From the NCBI RefSeq assembly GCF_963921235.1, contig NC_086108.1:41914001-41978000 (forward strand): a stretch of DNA of 64,000 nt, in the 5' to 3' direction. Below the pieces are notes generated by a model that made no database searches, was not told the DNA's origin, and saw only the letters and a list, made by a program, of their open reading frames with translations. The DNA is from Mobula hypostoma. Its lineage: Eukaryota. Positions 26,950 through 40,747 of this stretch are shown here, one piece after another; position 1 is the stretch's first letter; the number at the start of each line of letters is the position of its first letter. Made by a program: the position numbers and the translations under genes.

Positions 26950-27620
26950 AGACCTCGCGCTGCATTAACATTGATGCTGTGCACCTGCAAAGTTTCTTCC
27001 AAGAAGCCATCTTAAACCTTAAATCTTCAACTTTCAACACCGTAGTCCAATAAATTGCGCACGAACTTGCCCGACAGTGCACGGCTCAAGCCAGTGCCAA
27101 ATTACATTGTTGAAACAGATTCTTCAGCACACAGAAATGCAATTAAAATGCTCCCTTCTGAACTTGGATTTCAGTTGCAAAATTCTAACTTTCAGCCATC
27201 TCCAGGTGTACTTGGTTAAATTTGGATCGGTAATCTATCATCTCAAACGCAACATCTTTTGTTACATATGGGCCAGGTATTGTAATGAAACTGCATTCAA
27301 ATTCAGCTCACCTCAATAAACAAAATCATTAGCTTGCCTCTCTTACTGCTTCCTGCTGAGCAGCACCCATTTTGTCCTTCACCTCAGTTACATCAATTTT
27401 GTGTTCCCTGAAAAATATCTCCAACTGCTCTACACAAGAACTCAAGGGCTGTTGAGTTTGATCATCAGCCACTAGGTGCAATGAGTTTAGACCATACCTG
27501 TCATCTTTAAAGGTTTCTGTTGTCACAGGTGAAAAGCTTAGCTCATTGATCCTGTCCACTAGCACGTAATTCTCAAGCTCAAGTCTAAAGTCCTTTGTTT
27601 CTAATCTTCACTTTGAGATT
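26950..27620 (-). mobile_element. Probable ancient Gypsy gag relic
   Basis: SCVEQLEIFFREHKID (ORF 27329-27565) and, across a frameshift near 27100, LKNLFQQCN/FGTGLSRALSGKFVRNL resemble Gypsy gag motifs (YVERLExFF; LxxHCNFGxxLxxALRDRFVCGL). Confidence 0.45.
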
Positions 27621-29373
27621 ACTCATCCTGCCACCACAAGAACACTAGTGCCTGATGTTTACAATAACATCAATACATCAAGTAGCTTCAATTCTCTTAC
27701 AACTCCATCACTGACTTTAGCGTAGTGCAACCACGCTTGTGGACTCTGTGAATAACATAGAAAGTTTCCTGCCATCTGCACATCCTTGGCCAATCTCAGA
27801 GTGCAGAGGCATGCAAGGACCTCAGGCGTGATTTCAGGTGGTAGACTGGACGGAATAAGACCAGGCTTCTTCATAGCTACAGCCTGGTGTATGGCATGGG
27901 GATTCACCAAGGGCCCCCTGAAAGTACAACACCAGTCAGAAGCATGGAACTAATTTCCAGCTACAGAATACAGAGTGCCGCTCTAACTTGTTTGACACTA
28001 CTGACCAGGAATACACTTTAGGGTGAACATAAACATTCCCTAATCGTTCTACCCTCAACAGATCTCATAGATCATAAAACGGTACAAGCCCTTCAGCCAT
28101 GATGTTGCACCGACCTTTTAACATACTCCAAAATCAATCTGTTTCCCTCCACCATAATCCTCCATGTTTCCTTCAACCATGCCCCTATCTAAGAGGCTGT
28201 CTCCTTCCACTTCATCAAGAAGCTTGAATATTTTTCAAAACATGTCATTCCTTTTATAAACTTTGACTCATTTCCATTTGTTAGCCTACCCGTTCCCAAA
28301 TGGTAGTTATTTTTGTCCTGTTTATCCTAATGAATATAATGCCAACTGACTTTTAATTGCTGAAGCCACGTTGTTTACTACTCTGAATATTAAAGTCAGC
28401 TCTTCCACATTTCATCCAAGTTATCTGTCAGGCCAATGATTTGCAGAATAATGGTCTATTAAAAGTAGCCAAGGACAGTTAACTGAATAAAATCCATTCA
28501 CAGAGGGCTGTCAAGTGCTTGCACACACACAAAAAAATCAGCTCAAAATGCTCTCCTCAGCCCTATCCATCAGGTCATAACAAGCCAAAGAGCAAAGTAG
28601 CCAGAAAAAGAAACGAGATGGCTATAAAATAATTGATTTCACAGAAAACTTTTTGTAATTTAAATTGAACAAATATTATTCTATCAGTCCCAGTATATGG
28701 ATGGAGTGCAAATCAAGTTATTTATTTTCTATATCCCTTTCACTCCAAAAATTGTTATTTCTATCCCTCTTATTCAGGATATAGTTTTGACCAAATAAAG
28801 GCAAAAAGAATAGAGAGTTCTATTTCAGTGGAAAGCTGTACAACATACTTCAATTTCCAAAGAACTTTCTGAGAATCTTTTATTTCATAAACATCTCATG
28901 TCCTGGCTACCTTGCTCTTTGCCTTATTATGTCCCAATGCGTAGGGCTGAGAAGAATATTTTGAACAAGAGATTCTATGAAGCAGCATACCTTTGCATAC
29001 AATGAAGGACTTCTTTTCCAAGAACATAAAAATTACTAATTAATTTTTAAGAAAGATTGTGGATAATTAAACTTTGCAATGGGCAGTTTTGCAAATAGGC
29101 AAAGATGACTTTAAGATTTCTGTCCAAGTATCTTTGAAAAGAAATGATTAATTCTTGCTGATGTTAATGACAGTGTGCCATCTGTCTTGGATAAATATTT
29201 AGGGAGGGAATTGTGAGGGTAAGCAAGGTGAGGAAATAAGATTACAACTAATAACATGACAGACTATAAAATTACAATACAAAATACACAATAATATCTT
29301 GACCGTATGACATAATACTGAAGTCAAGGAAGTTAATGCACATTTGGGTTTGGTTCATCAGACAGCTCCAATT

Positions 29374-31650
29374 AGAATCAGAATCAGAATCAGGTTTATT
29401 ATCACCGGCATGTGACGTGAAATTTGTTACCTTATCAGCAGCAGCTCAATGCAATACATAATCTAGCAGAGAGAAAAAAAAATAAAACAAAAATAATAAT
29501 AATAAATAAACAAGTAAATTAATTACGTATATTGAATAGATTTTTAAAAACATGAAAAAACAGAAATACTGTATATTTTTAAAAAGTGAGGTAGTGTTCA
29601 CGGATTCAATGTCTATTTAGGAATTGGATGGCAGAGGGGAAGAAGCTGTTCCTGAATCACTGAGTATGTGCCTTCAGGCTTCTGTACCTCCTACCTGATG
29701 GTAACAGTGAGAAAAGGGCATATCCTGAGTGCTGGAGGTCTTTAGTAATGGATGCTGTGTTTTTGAGACACTGCTCCCTGAAGATGTCCTGGGTACTTTG
29801 TAGACAAGTACCCAAGATGGAGTTGACTAGATTTACAACCCTCCGCAGCTTCTTTCCATCCTGTACAGTAGCCCCTCCATACCAGACAGTGATGCAGCCT
29901 GTCAGAATGCTCTCCACGTTACAACTGTATAAGTTTTGGAGTGTATTTGTTGACATGCCAAATCTCTTCAAACTCCTAATGAAGTATAGCCACTGTCTTG
30001 TCTTCTTTATAACTACATCAAAATGTTGGGACCAGGTTAGATGCTCAGAGATCTTGACACAGGAACATAGAACATAGAATAGTACAGCACAGTACAGGCC
30101 CTTCGGCCCACGATGTTGTGCCGACCCTCAAACCCTGCCTCCCAATAAGCCCCCCCCCTTAAATTCCTCCATATACCTGCCAAGTAGTCTCTTAAACTTC
30201 ACTAGTGTATCTGCCTCCACCACTGACTCAGGCAGTGCATACCACTCTCTGAGTAAAAAACCTTCCTCTAATATCCCCCTTGAACTTCCCACCCCTTACC
30301 TTAAAGCCATATCCTCTTGTATTGAGCAATGGTGCCCTGGGGAAGGGGAGCTGGCTATCCACTCTATCTATTCCTCTTATTATCTTGTACACCTCTATCA
30401 TGTCTCCTCTCATCCTCCTTCCCTCCAAAGAGTAAAGCCCTAGCTCCCTTAATCTCTGATCATAATGCATACTTTCTAAACCAGGCAGCATCCTGGTAAA
30501 TCTCCTCTGTACCCTTTCCAATGCTTCCACATCCTTCCTATAGTGAGGTGACCAGAACTGGACACAGTACTCCAAGTGTGGCCTAACCAGAGTTTTATAG
30601 AGCTGCATCATTACTTCGCGACTCTTAAACTCTATCCCTCGACTTATGAAAGCTAACACCCTATAAGCTTTCTTAACTACCCTATCCACCTGTGAGGCAA
30701 CTTTCAGGGATCTGTGGACATGTACCCCGAGATCCCTCTGCTCCTCCACACTACCAAGTATCCTGCCATTTACTTTGTACTCTGCCTTGGAGTTTGTCCT
30801 TCCAAAGTGTACCACCTCACACTTCTCCGGGTTGAACTCCATCTGCCACTTCTCAGCCCACTTCTGCATCCTATCGATGTCTCTCTGCAATCTTTGACAA
30901 TCCTCTACACTATCTACAAGACCACCAACCATTGTGTCGTCTGCAAACTTGCACCCTTCTACCCCCACATCCAGGTCGTTAATAAAAATATGGAACTTGA
31001 AGCTGCTCACTCTCTCCACTTCTGATCCCTCTATGAGGATTGGTATGTGTTCCTTCGCCTTACCCTTCCTGAAGTCACAATCAGCTCTTTCATCTTACTG
31101 ACGTTGAGTGCCAGGTTGTTGCTGCGGCACCATTCCACTAGTTGGCATATCTCACTCCTGTACACCCTCTCGTCACCACCTGAGATTCTACCAACAATGG
31201 TTGTATCATCAGCAAATTTATAGATGGTATTTCAGCTATGCCTATGTATATAGAGAGTAGAGCAGTGGGCTAAGCACATGCCCCGGAGGTGCGCCAGTGT
31301 TGATCGTCAGTGAGGAGGATATGTTATCACCAATCCGCATGGATTGTGGTCTTCCGGTTAAGAAATTGAGGATCCAATTGCAGAGGGAGGTACAGAGGTC
31401 CAGGTTCTGCAACTTCTCAATCAGGATTGTGGGAATGACGGTATTAAATGCTGAGCTATAGTCAATGAACAGCATCCTGACATAGGTCTTTATGTTGTCC
31501 AGCTGTTCTAAAACCGTGTGAAGAGCCATTGAGATTGCATCTGCTGTTGACCTATTGTGACGATAGGCAAATTGTAATGGGTCCAGGTCCTTGCTGAGGC
31601 AGGAGTTCAGTCTAGTCATTACCAACCTCTCAAAGCATTTCATCACTGTC
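29374..31650 (-). mobile_element. Rex1/Babar-like LINE, 5'-truncated, (TTCTGA)n tail, interrupted by a CR1 at 30067-30991
   Basis: ORF 31242-31646 ([37 protein letters not shown]) and ORF 29657-29971. Tail agaatcagaatcagaatcagg at 29374. Confidence 0.95.
30067..30991 (-). mobile_element. Young 5'-truncated CR1 LINE nested in Rex1; TSD ggaac
   Basis: ORF 30228-31019 from IFINDLD through KFADD and RPHLEYCVQFWSP to FFTQRVV. (ctatgtt)n tail. ggaac at 30062-30066 and 30992-30996. Confidence 0.95.
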
Positions 31651-31829
31651 TTTCAAAGTGTTACTTGCCTCCTAAAAGTACCCCATTGATGTTGTAGGTC
31701 AAAATTGGCACCTGTCCAGTTGAACAGATTTCTCTACACACAACTATCTTCACAAGTTACTAAGATACCACCAGGAACAGCAAGTTTGCTCATTGGTCTC
31801 CAACCAATATTAATGTCAAAAGGAGACTC

Positions 31830-32020
31830 AAGACACTACAAATACAGGAATCTGAGAAAAATAAATTGGTGAAGGAACTCAGTGGGTCGTGCAGCATCTG
31901 TGGAGGGAAAAGAAATACTGACATTTCTGGTGGTGATCCTGTATCTGACCTGATACAGGGTTTTGACACGAAACACCGATGACATCTTTCCTGCCACAGG
32001 CACTGCTTAACCCACTAATT
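31830..32020. mobile_element. Older fold-back Penelope-type relic
   Basis: ggaactcagtgggtc..gcagcatctgtgg arm, central ctgatacagggttttgacacgaaac, and a partial inverted arm. Confidence 0.55.
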
Positions 32021-32764
32021 TCAAAGAAGATGTCAAAGGCTAATGCAAGAAGTTGGTTGTTCATCAGGTTAAGCACTTGTGTGAGATCTGAGTGCTGGAC
32101 AACTGCTAGACAACCTCAACAAGACCTTTGTCAAGCCAAGAAACAAACAGAGAGGAAAAGTCCAACCAAATATATATCTTCATCTATAAATCTAGATTTC
32201 AACACACACACACACTTACTCTCCTTATTGAATCTGAAGCTTTACAGCAAATACAGCATTTCTAATTTAACTCCCTGTTCTTATTGTGGAAGAAACAGCT
32301 CCAAAATAAAACTTCATGTACCATAAATGCAGTGGTCAGCTGAACCACACATACTTATACTGCTAACATAATTGAATTTACCACTAATAAATATATTTTT
32401 AAGTATGCTCACAGTATCAGCATTGAATTTTATTGTGTGGAAAATTCCTTCAATACTCCATAGAACAGGATTTAACATGTTATGTAATCACTACTGCTGT
32501 CAAAAGGTCATTGCAAAAGAGACGTTGCTGCAAAGTAGTAAATTTTCATCTTGACTCTATTCCAATAAACAAAACCAAAGTTGTCACAGTAAACTTGTAT
32601 AAGGGTAGTTTGCATTCAAAGCAACCCCATTTTGTGTTTCTTTTCATCTGACAGAGTCTGATCATCTACCATGATCTTCATTGGAGGAAATACTGCAGAA
32701 AACATACATTAACCAGTGAGCCTGTGCTATTTCAACCCTCAAGGAACAATCAGAATTGGCATCA

Positions 32765-34646
32765 TGATTATGAGAGAAAACTGGCAGGGAACATAAAAAC
32801 GGACCGTAAAAGCTTTTATAGATATGTAAAAAGGAAAAGACTGGTAAAGACAAATGTAGGTCCCCTGCAGACAGAAACATGTGAATTGATTATGGGGAGC
32901 AAGGACATGGCAGACCAATTGAATAATTACTTTGGTTCTATCTTCACTAAGGAGGACATAAATAATCTTCCAGAAATAGTAGGGGACAGAGGGTCCAGTG
33001 AGATGGAGGAACTGAGCGAAATACATGTTAGTAGGGAAGTGGTGTTAGGTAAATTGAAGGGATTGAAGGCAGATAAATCCACAGGGCCAGATGGTCTGCA
33101 TCCTAGGGTGCTTAAGGAAGTAGCCCAAGAAATAGTGGATGCATTAGTGATAATTTTTCAAAACTCGTTAGATTCTGGACTAGTTCCTGAGGATTGGAGG
33201 GTGGCTAATGTAACACCACTTTTTAAAAGAGGAGGGAGAGAGAAACCGGGGAATTAAAGACCGGTTAGCCTAACGTCGGTGGTGGGGAAACTGCTGGAGT
33301 CAGTTATCAAAGATGTGATAACAGCATATTTGGAAAGCGGTGAAATCATCAGACAAAGTCAGCATGGATTTGTGAAAGGAAAATCATGTCTGACGAATCT
33401 CATAGAATTTTTTGAGGATGTAACTAGTAGAGTGGATAGGGAAGAACCAGTGGATATGGTATATTTGGATTTTCAAAAGGCTTTTGACAAGGTCCCACAC
33501 AGGAGATTAGTGTGCAAACTTAAAGCACACGGTATTGGTATGGGTGGAGAATTGGTTAGCAGACAGGAAGCAAAGAGTGGGAATAAACGGGACCTTTTCA
33601 GAATGGCAGGCGGTGACTAGTGGGGTACCGCAAGGCTCAGTGCTGGGACCCCAGTTGTTTACAATATATATTAATGACTTGGATGAGGGAATTGAATGCA
33701 GCATCTCCAAGTTTGCGGATGACACGAAGCTGGGTGGCAGTGTTAGCTGTGAGGAGGATGCTAAGAGGATGCAGGGTGACTTGGATAGGTTGGGTGAGTG
33801 GGCAAGTTCATGGCAGATGCAATTTAATGTGGATAAATGTGAAGTTATCCATTTTGGTGGCAAAAATAGGAAAACAGATTATGATCTGAATGGTGGCCGA
33901 TTAGGAAAAGGGGAGGTGCAATGAGACCTGGGTGTCATTATACACCAGTCATTGAAAGTGGGCATGCAGGTACAGCAGGCGGTGAAAAAGGCGAATGGTA
34001 TGCTGGCATTTATAGCGAGAGGATTCGAGTACAGGAGCAGGGAGGTACTACTGCAGTTGTACAAGGCCTTGGTGAGACCACATCTGGAGTATTGTGTGCA
34101 GTTTTGGTCCCCTAATCTGAGGAAAGACATCCTTGCCATAGAGGGAGTACAAAGAAGGTTCACCAGATTGATCCCTGGGATGGCAGGACTTTCATATGAA
34201 GAAAGACTGGATGAACTGGGCTTGTACTCGTTGGAATTTAGAAGATTGAGGGGGGATCTGATTGAAACGTATAAAATCCTAAAGAGATTGGACAGGCTAG
34301 ATGCAGGAAGATTGTTCCCGATGTTGGGGAAGTCCAGAACGAGGGGCCACAGTTTGAGGATAGAGGGGAAGCCTTTTAGGACCGAGATTAGGAAAAACTT
34401 CTTCACACAGAGAGTGGTGAATCTGTGGAATTCTCTGCCACAGGAAACAGTTGAGGCCAGTTCATTGGCTATATTTAAGAGGGAGTTAGATATGGCCCTT
34501 GTGGCTACGGGGGTCAGGGGGTATGGAGGGAAGGCTGGGGTGGGGTTCTGAGTTGGATGATCAGCCACGATCATAATAAATGGCGGTGCAGGCTCGAAAG
34601 GCCGAATGGCCTACTCCTGCACCTATTTTCTATGTTTCTATGTTTC
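32765..34646 (+). mobile_element. Young 5'-truncated CR1 LINE; ORF2 broken by a few lesions
   Basis: ORFs 32724-33257, 33279-33620, 33535-33924 and 33952-34551 tile a full RT. TAA at 33255, short frameshifting deletion near 33540, TGA at 33922. (tatgtttc)n tail. Confidence 0.97.
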
Positions 34647-34854
34647 TCATTGTTTATTTTTTATTTTCTCAGTATTTGAATCTACCCACTTTAAAAAAGC
34701 CAAAAGAACAACAATCTTATAACCCCTTTATATTAAAGTGCTGCCGGGTTCAACTTAACATTTCTCTCACCTTACTATCACCCAGCACGCCTACAGCTAC
34801 CTTATGCACACAGGCATTATGCTTACTTGACTCCTTGCGTGCTTTCCACCCATG

Positions 34855-34962
34855 CTGGGCTGAGCGCCAGGCTAGCAACTCGGCCTCGCAAAAAACAGAC
34901 AAAAATGCTAAAGAGACAACAAGGTTGTCTCCCGACGCACCGCAGAGTGTGGAAAGGAAGGA
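34855..34962 (+). mobile_element. Short RTE-related fragment
   Basis: gggctgagcgccaggctagcaactcggcctcgcaaaaaac resembles a motif I associate with RTE-clade LINEs and derived SINEs. Confidence 0.4.
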
Positions 34963-35358
34963 CAAAAATTACCCTTACTTTACCCCTCCACGTGCTTATT
35001 CTGGAGGTAGTGAGAGGGTCACCTGTTGACCAAGACCAGTTTTTTTTTGGATCAGTCCAGCTCCCAAGCAACATCAGTTCGCTCTCAATTGTTCAAAGCA
35101 TGAAAGGCCACAAACATTTTACTCCTGGTTTATTGAGTTATGTAAATAAAAAGCTCATGATAAACAAAAGAAGCAACTCAAAAGGGAACATTAAGATTTT
35201 GCTATCTTGAAATTTTGATTGTTAAATAATTTTGAAGACTTATTTTAGAAAATAATTTTTAATCAAGTTTAGGACAAATAGTCTATTTATTGGTTTCACT
35301 GGATGCAGATTCGTTCAAGAATACATTACAGCAGAATATGCGGGATGCCAATTTGAAA

Positions 35359-35361
<3 letters not shown>

Positions 35362-35401
<40 letters not shown>
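35362..35401. repeat. (AC)20 microsatellite
   Basis: Uninterrupted AC dinucleotide run. Confidence 0.98.
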
Positions 35402-35402
<1 letters not shown>

Positions 35403-36884
35403 ACTCAGTGAAAGAGCTGGATTAATATCAATGGCCCTTAGTTTTAAAAGAAATTGATGCCAAACTTACCCTGAAGAAGGAAGAGATGGTTTCTTGGGTC
35501 CACCTCAAGCTGTTACAAATAAAGAATATACCAACTTATTGCACATTGCTTCTAAAATCCACTAATATTGCACCAATTTGAAATGCATAATAACAACGCA
35601 AGTATGGAATTGATGCTAGTTCCTAGTTGCTTACATTGGTAATACTAACTGCAATCTGAGTTATATTCAAAGTAATTTCTACTGGCTTAAGATCCAATTT
35701 CTCTGAATCAGGTCCTGTGTACAGAATGAAGCTACAAGATTCCAATAACTGTGTCGGTTTGAAGAAGAGGTGTATGAAAATAAAATCATTTTGAAATAAT
35801 TTACTTTTCTAATGGGTATTAAAAATCTATGAAATAATTTTAAAGCATTTTAAAACTCATTTTCTGTGACTCTAGACCAAGTTACCCACAGATAAATGAC
35901 TTATATAAAATGCTCCAATTTTCAGATGCATGGATGACCTGCTCCACGTTACCATATTTACATAAAAGAACATTAAATAATCACATTACATCATGTTACA
36001 TTAGCTCAAGGAAGACTGAGTTTTTGATTACGGAAATGTATTTTAGTCAAAGTTTGAACAGCAACCTAACCTGCGTAACTTTAAGCACGTTTCCCGCATG
36101 CACATCAGCAAAGCTGAAATGTTGTTCTGATTGCAATTATAATCCTTAAGCTATGCACTATTAAAAAAAGCAGCTTAAATATTTATTAAACTGGATTTCA
36201 GTAATCAAAAATTCTCAAAGGTCGTAATTGTTTCTTCCCTTTTTCCAAGCACAGGCAGGGAGTGCGTGCTCTAGACTCGTAGGCTGAGGCTCACTTGGGT
36301 TTGGACTTTAAGCCCCATTGCAATCATTTTGGGTGATCTGCTGGGGCTGCTGAGATCATTCACCTAATAGCAATGTTTCAGTTCCAGCCCTCCTCTCTCA
36401 CCCAGGAGATCTCTAGTTGTTAATGGTAAGGCGGGGTGGCAGGGTGGTTGTGCAACAGAAGAGAGGTGAGGCCCAAACAGGGTGAGAACATTGCTAGGGA
36501 GTAATTATAAATTAGAGCAATGACAAGGTGTGCAGTAGAGCTGGAAAAGTTCTAGGAAGTTCTAAATTTTGCTATGCCATGGCATTCATTTTCTGTACTA
36601 CAACAGCTCTAGTAGAATCCTGAGGAAGCAGGCCCAAAGCAAGTTCAAGTGTACATCTTAGGGATGGTGCCACTTGTGCTCAAAAATCAAAGGACATGGT
36701 GCACACGTCTCGGCCGCTATCACCCCAGGAACACCTTGAAATACCTCTTGCTGAGCTCATTTCTGGCCTTCTAAAATAAGCAGAAAACAATCCTGTTTGT
36801 ACCCAAAAAGGCCAAAAGCTAACTGGATAAGATTTATGGACAGTATCTTGAATTACATACGATACAATTATTCACGTAAACATA

Positions 36885-38450
36885 CAAAAAGAGGTACAGC
36901 AGTGGACCATATAATCCCTCAAGGCCGCTGCATAATTTAATAAGCTCATGCCTAGAACAATTACAATTCAACTCCCTATTCCCATGTGGCATTGGTCAAC
37001 CTTGACCTTCTCACATATCAAATATCTAACCATCTCTGTCTTGAAGATATCCCTAGACTCTGCTTCCACCACCCTTTGAAGAAGAGAATTCTGAAGACAT
37101 GGTATTCTTAGCCACAGTAAAACAAAATCACTTTACCTAGTTTAAATGAATGAGCCCTTATTTATGAATATTAGCCCATAGTTCAAAATTCTCCTACAGG
37201 AAGAAGCACCTTCTCCACATCCATCCTGTTAAGACCCCTCAGGAGCTTGTATATTCATTCTTTTAAACTCCAAGGATAAAAGCCTGGCCTCTCCAATCAT
37301 TCCACAAATGTCAGCTCTGTATATGGGTCTGCTAAACTCCTTTGAAATACTTCTAATATATTTACAACTTTCCTTACCCAAGGAGAGAAATACTGAACAC
37401 TTTACTCCAGAATGAGGTCTCACCAATCCCCCATGTAACTCAAGCATTACCTCACTACATTTATATGTAATTCACCCTGCAATAAACCTTTGTTAAATCT
37501 TTCCTATTTATGTGAAGTATCTGCAAATAATGCATTTTGACATCCAGATCCCTCTACGTATCAAAGCTCTGCAAAGTCACCATTTAAACGGCATATCCTT
37601 TTTTCTTTTTTCCTGCCAAAATTGAACATGTCGCATTTTTCCACAATATAGTTCATGTGTCAGGTCATGCCCCAGCCAAACCATTCAGGCCCCTTTGCAG
37701 CAGCTTTTATGCCCTTTTCATAACATATTGTCTAACTATTTTATGTCATCAGCAAACTTATCAATCATAGGTCCAGTGTTGTTCATCCATTTCTATAAAT
37801 GTAAATAGCTGAGGCTGTGAAACACCAGTTGTGTCACAACCACGGACGGCAGCACAGTTGATACAGCAATTGCGCTTGTGAATTTGCACGTCAGCTAATT
37901 ATTATTTATCTATGATAGTACTTAACTCCATACTAGTCGTCATAGCGCTTGTCAAGACTTGGACAGAGCACAGCAACACTCTACTGCCTGTTTGCATCGG
38001 CCTTGCCTGAGAAATTGGACTGTCGAGTCAAGTGACTCTGAAGACTAGCGGTATTCGTTTAATGATTAGCTGATTAGCTGTTCTTTTCAGCCACAGTGTA
38101 GGCTTCGTTTCCCATTTGAGAGTTTTAGTTAATGGCCCTGTTTGGCCTAGCGTTTATTGTTTTATTTTCCCTTTAACACTGTTCGCATTAAAGTTTTGTG
38201 AACTATCGACCTGCTTCAGTGTCTCTCACTCCGCATTTGGGCAATATCCCGAACCCAAGTGACAAGTTCTTACATCTTACCAGCCAGAGAAAGACTGTCT
38301 ATGACAATGGTGTTTCCTTTTAGCCTGTCACTCTTCTTTCCAAGCCAAAGTGCAACCTTACTCTATCAGCTTTTACTTTTCAAAACAATTTTTATATCTG
38401 CACCTTAAATGCCTCCATAAATCTAAGTATAGTACATCCACAGTACTTAC
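36885..38450 (-). mobile_element. Old CR1 LINE, interrupted by a solo LTR
   Basis: ORF 37229-37447 (LELHGGLVRPHSG), tcatcagcaaactt (reverse KFADD) at about 37746, and a reversed 3'UTR near 36890-36960. Confidence 0.75.
37832..38264 (+). mobile_element. Solo LTR, 433 bp
   Basis: TGTCAC...GTGACA termini, flanks agttg/agttc, ATTAAA at 38187-38192, CpG-richer than the host CR1 it splits. Confidence 0.8.
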
Positions 38451-40747
38451 TACTTCTTGGAAATTAGGGGAAAAAAGAGCAAATCTAGGATAATAAATGA
38501 GAAAATAAAGACCAAATAGTGCTGGAAAATCAAAATGTGAACAATAGAGTAGATCTGAATCCTATCAGAATTTTATTCTTACCTGTTATTTTTTTGGGAC
38601 GAAACACTTGAGGCCCATTCTCAATTGCTCTAAGTAGTGATTCAATCTTGAATTGCTGCAGTCCTTCTTGTGACGGTGGCCCCACAACATTTTCAGGCAA
38701 GTTCCAAGAGTCTGACCCAAAAAAGGATCGGCAATATATTTACATGTCAGGTAAACACTCAACTTGAGGAGGGACATGCAGTTGATAATATTCTCAATGT
38801 GCCTTCTGCCCTTATCCACTATGCTTGTAGAAATAAAGGCTTGGCGTGGTGCTGGTGGAGTAGCCTAGTCAAGCAACTCCATTGCATTTTTCAAGAAAGG
38901 GCGTTGTGTAATCAGTGTGCTACAGTGATGGAGTAAATGAGTGTGTAAGGTAAGGGATGGATGTCAAACAAATGGAATGGTTTTGAGTGTATACCTATCA
39001 CTGTTTCCGTAAGTAATATACTCTCAACACAAATAATGTTTCTTCAAATGCCAAGAAGTCAAGGAGTTTCTAACGTTTATTGTAGTTGTAAAGAATAATC
39101 CAAACTTGATGCAAATTCAAAATCTAAGCCAAAAAGTTAGATAAACTCTGACTAAGATCTGAAGAGCAGACTTTCTATCTATAAACACAGATGTTAAGTA
39201 CAGTTCATTTTCTTAATTTGGTACTCCATCTGCTGAAAACTAGTGCAAGCTTGAATGGAGAAATGCGAAATTTTGATGAAAAATATCAATTCAGAAAGGT
39301 GACCTTAAGAAAAAGACACCCAAGATCAAACAACTCAAATGTACAAGCAGTAATGCAGCTTTAGCTTCTGCTTGCAACACCACTGTGATAACCAAAAACA
39401 ATTCTACCTTTATAAAGAAGACACGAAAACAAATTCACATCTAACAAGAGTTCAGTGAGCTGAGTAGACACAGTAACAATGATCAGTCAGAAAGGCAGAA
39501 GAATTATTAGCTTCACCCTGAACCACCTACTTAATGTGGGGCCACTGATGATAGTTAACAGAGCCAGGCTGAGGTGACAAGCTTTGGAACTGCTTGAGGA
39601 AATCCAATTGAAAGGCAGCCAAGGGGAACAACAGGGTAGAAACAGATGTTCAAGCTACCGAGAGTTACAGGTCTGTAAGGATATTTATGACAAAGGCTTC
39701 GCACAAACCAGCCGCAGACCTGAACTTTTAAATATTTTACCTGTACACACCTAGTCTACTCAGCATGGTTGGAATTGTGTACAACAACAAGCTTCCTCCT
39801 AGCTCAAAATGCATGTATGCAAATAACAACCACTGACTCCTCCAAGCAAAATCTCCTCCAGTAAAAGGAAGCTTGAAAGATCTGACCAAAAAAAAAACTT
39901 TCATTGCAAACACATGCCAAGTCTAGTTCGTCCATAAATAAACCAATTTAAAATGCAATGTGCATAGAGCCAAAGAAAACAAACCAAAAGGAAAGGAGAC
40001 ACTCTTCACACAAGTAAAAATAACAGCTTCATGTGTTGTAGTTTATCAAGTTTAGACAAGTCAATGTTTACACAGAAATGATAGGAAATGTTTAATTTTT
40101 TTTTCCCTCTCTGTGGAAAATCCAGCTTTATCTGACAGATAAGATGACTGCAGTTCAGTGCTGTACAGTGCACGGAACTCTAATTGGAGGTTTGAATTCA
40201 TGACTGCTATCCGTACAAGGGTAAAACAGACAGGAAAATATATATTCAATCTCGAACCCACAATAAAGGCAACTGTGTCAGAGTAAATTGCTACTAATCA
40301 ATAGATACTGGTGCCCGTATTTCTGGTTGATGCACATTGAAGGGTGGCACTTTCTTCATTCCCTGCACACCCCACCTCCCCCACCACACCCCACTCGAGT
40401 CAACTAGGTCCCACGGTTTTCCAGCTGAACGAGCTGAAGGTTAATGATAGCTGTCTTTAAGTGCCAAATGATTTTAGAAAAAATAAATCATAGCTAAATG
40501 CAGGATTTAATTTGCATGATGCTGAATGTTGCATTGTTATTTTCAGTGTTTGAAGTACTGCACTGACTCAGGGAGTGGTCTGCTACTCAAAATTACTTGC
40601 CTCAAAGGATTATTCTCAAAAAGAAGCAGGAATGCACAAAATTAGTCATCAAGGCTATACAACTATTACGAGTGAACCACTAGGAATTTCAAAGCATTAT
40701 AAACAGATCACTGAGATGCACAAAAGATAAGATCTCTCATAACTCTG

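Noticed and set aside
32724..34551. Possible active or domesticated reverse transcriptase gene
   Set aside because: 5'-truncated (no ORF1 or endonuclease), with two in-frame stops and a frameshift; an ordinary dead CR1 copy.
33879..34574. 231-aa antisense ORF, and similar ones at 43922-44188 and 29748-30077
   Set aside because: Shadow frames opposite LINE RT coding sequence, repeated across family copies; no independent evidence.
34855..34962. Possible HDV-like ribozyme in the RTE-related fragment
   Set aside because: I could not assemble the nested double pseudoknot from the sequence present.
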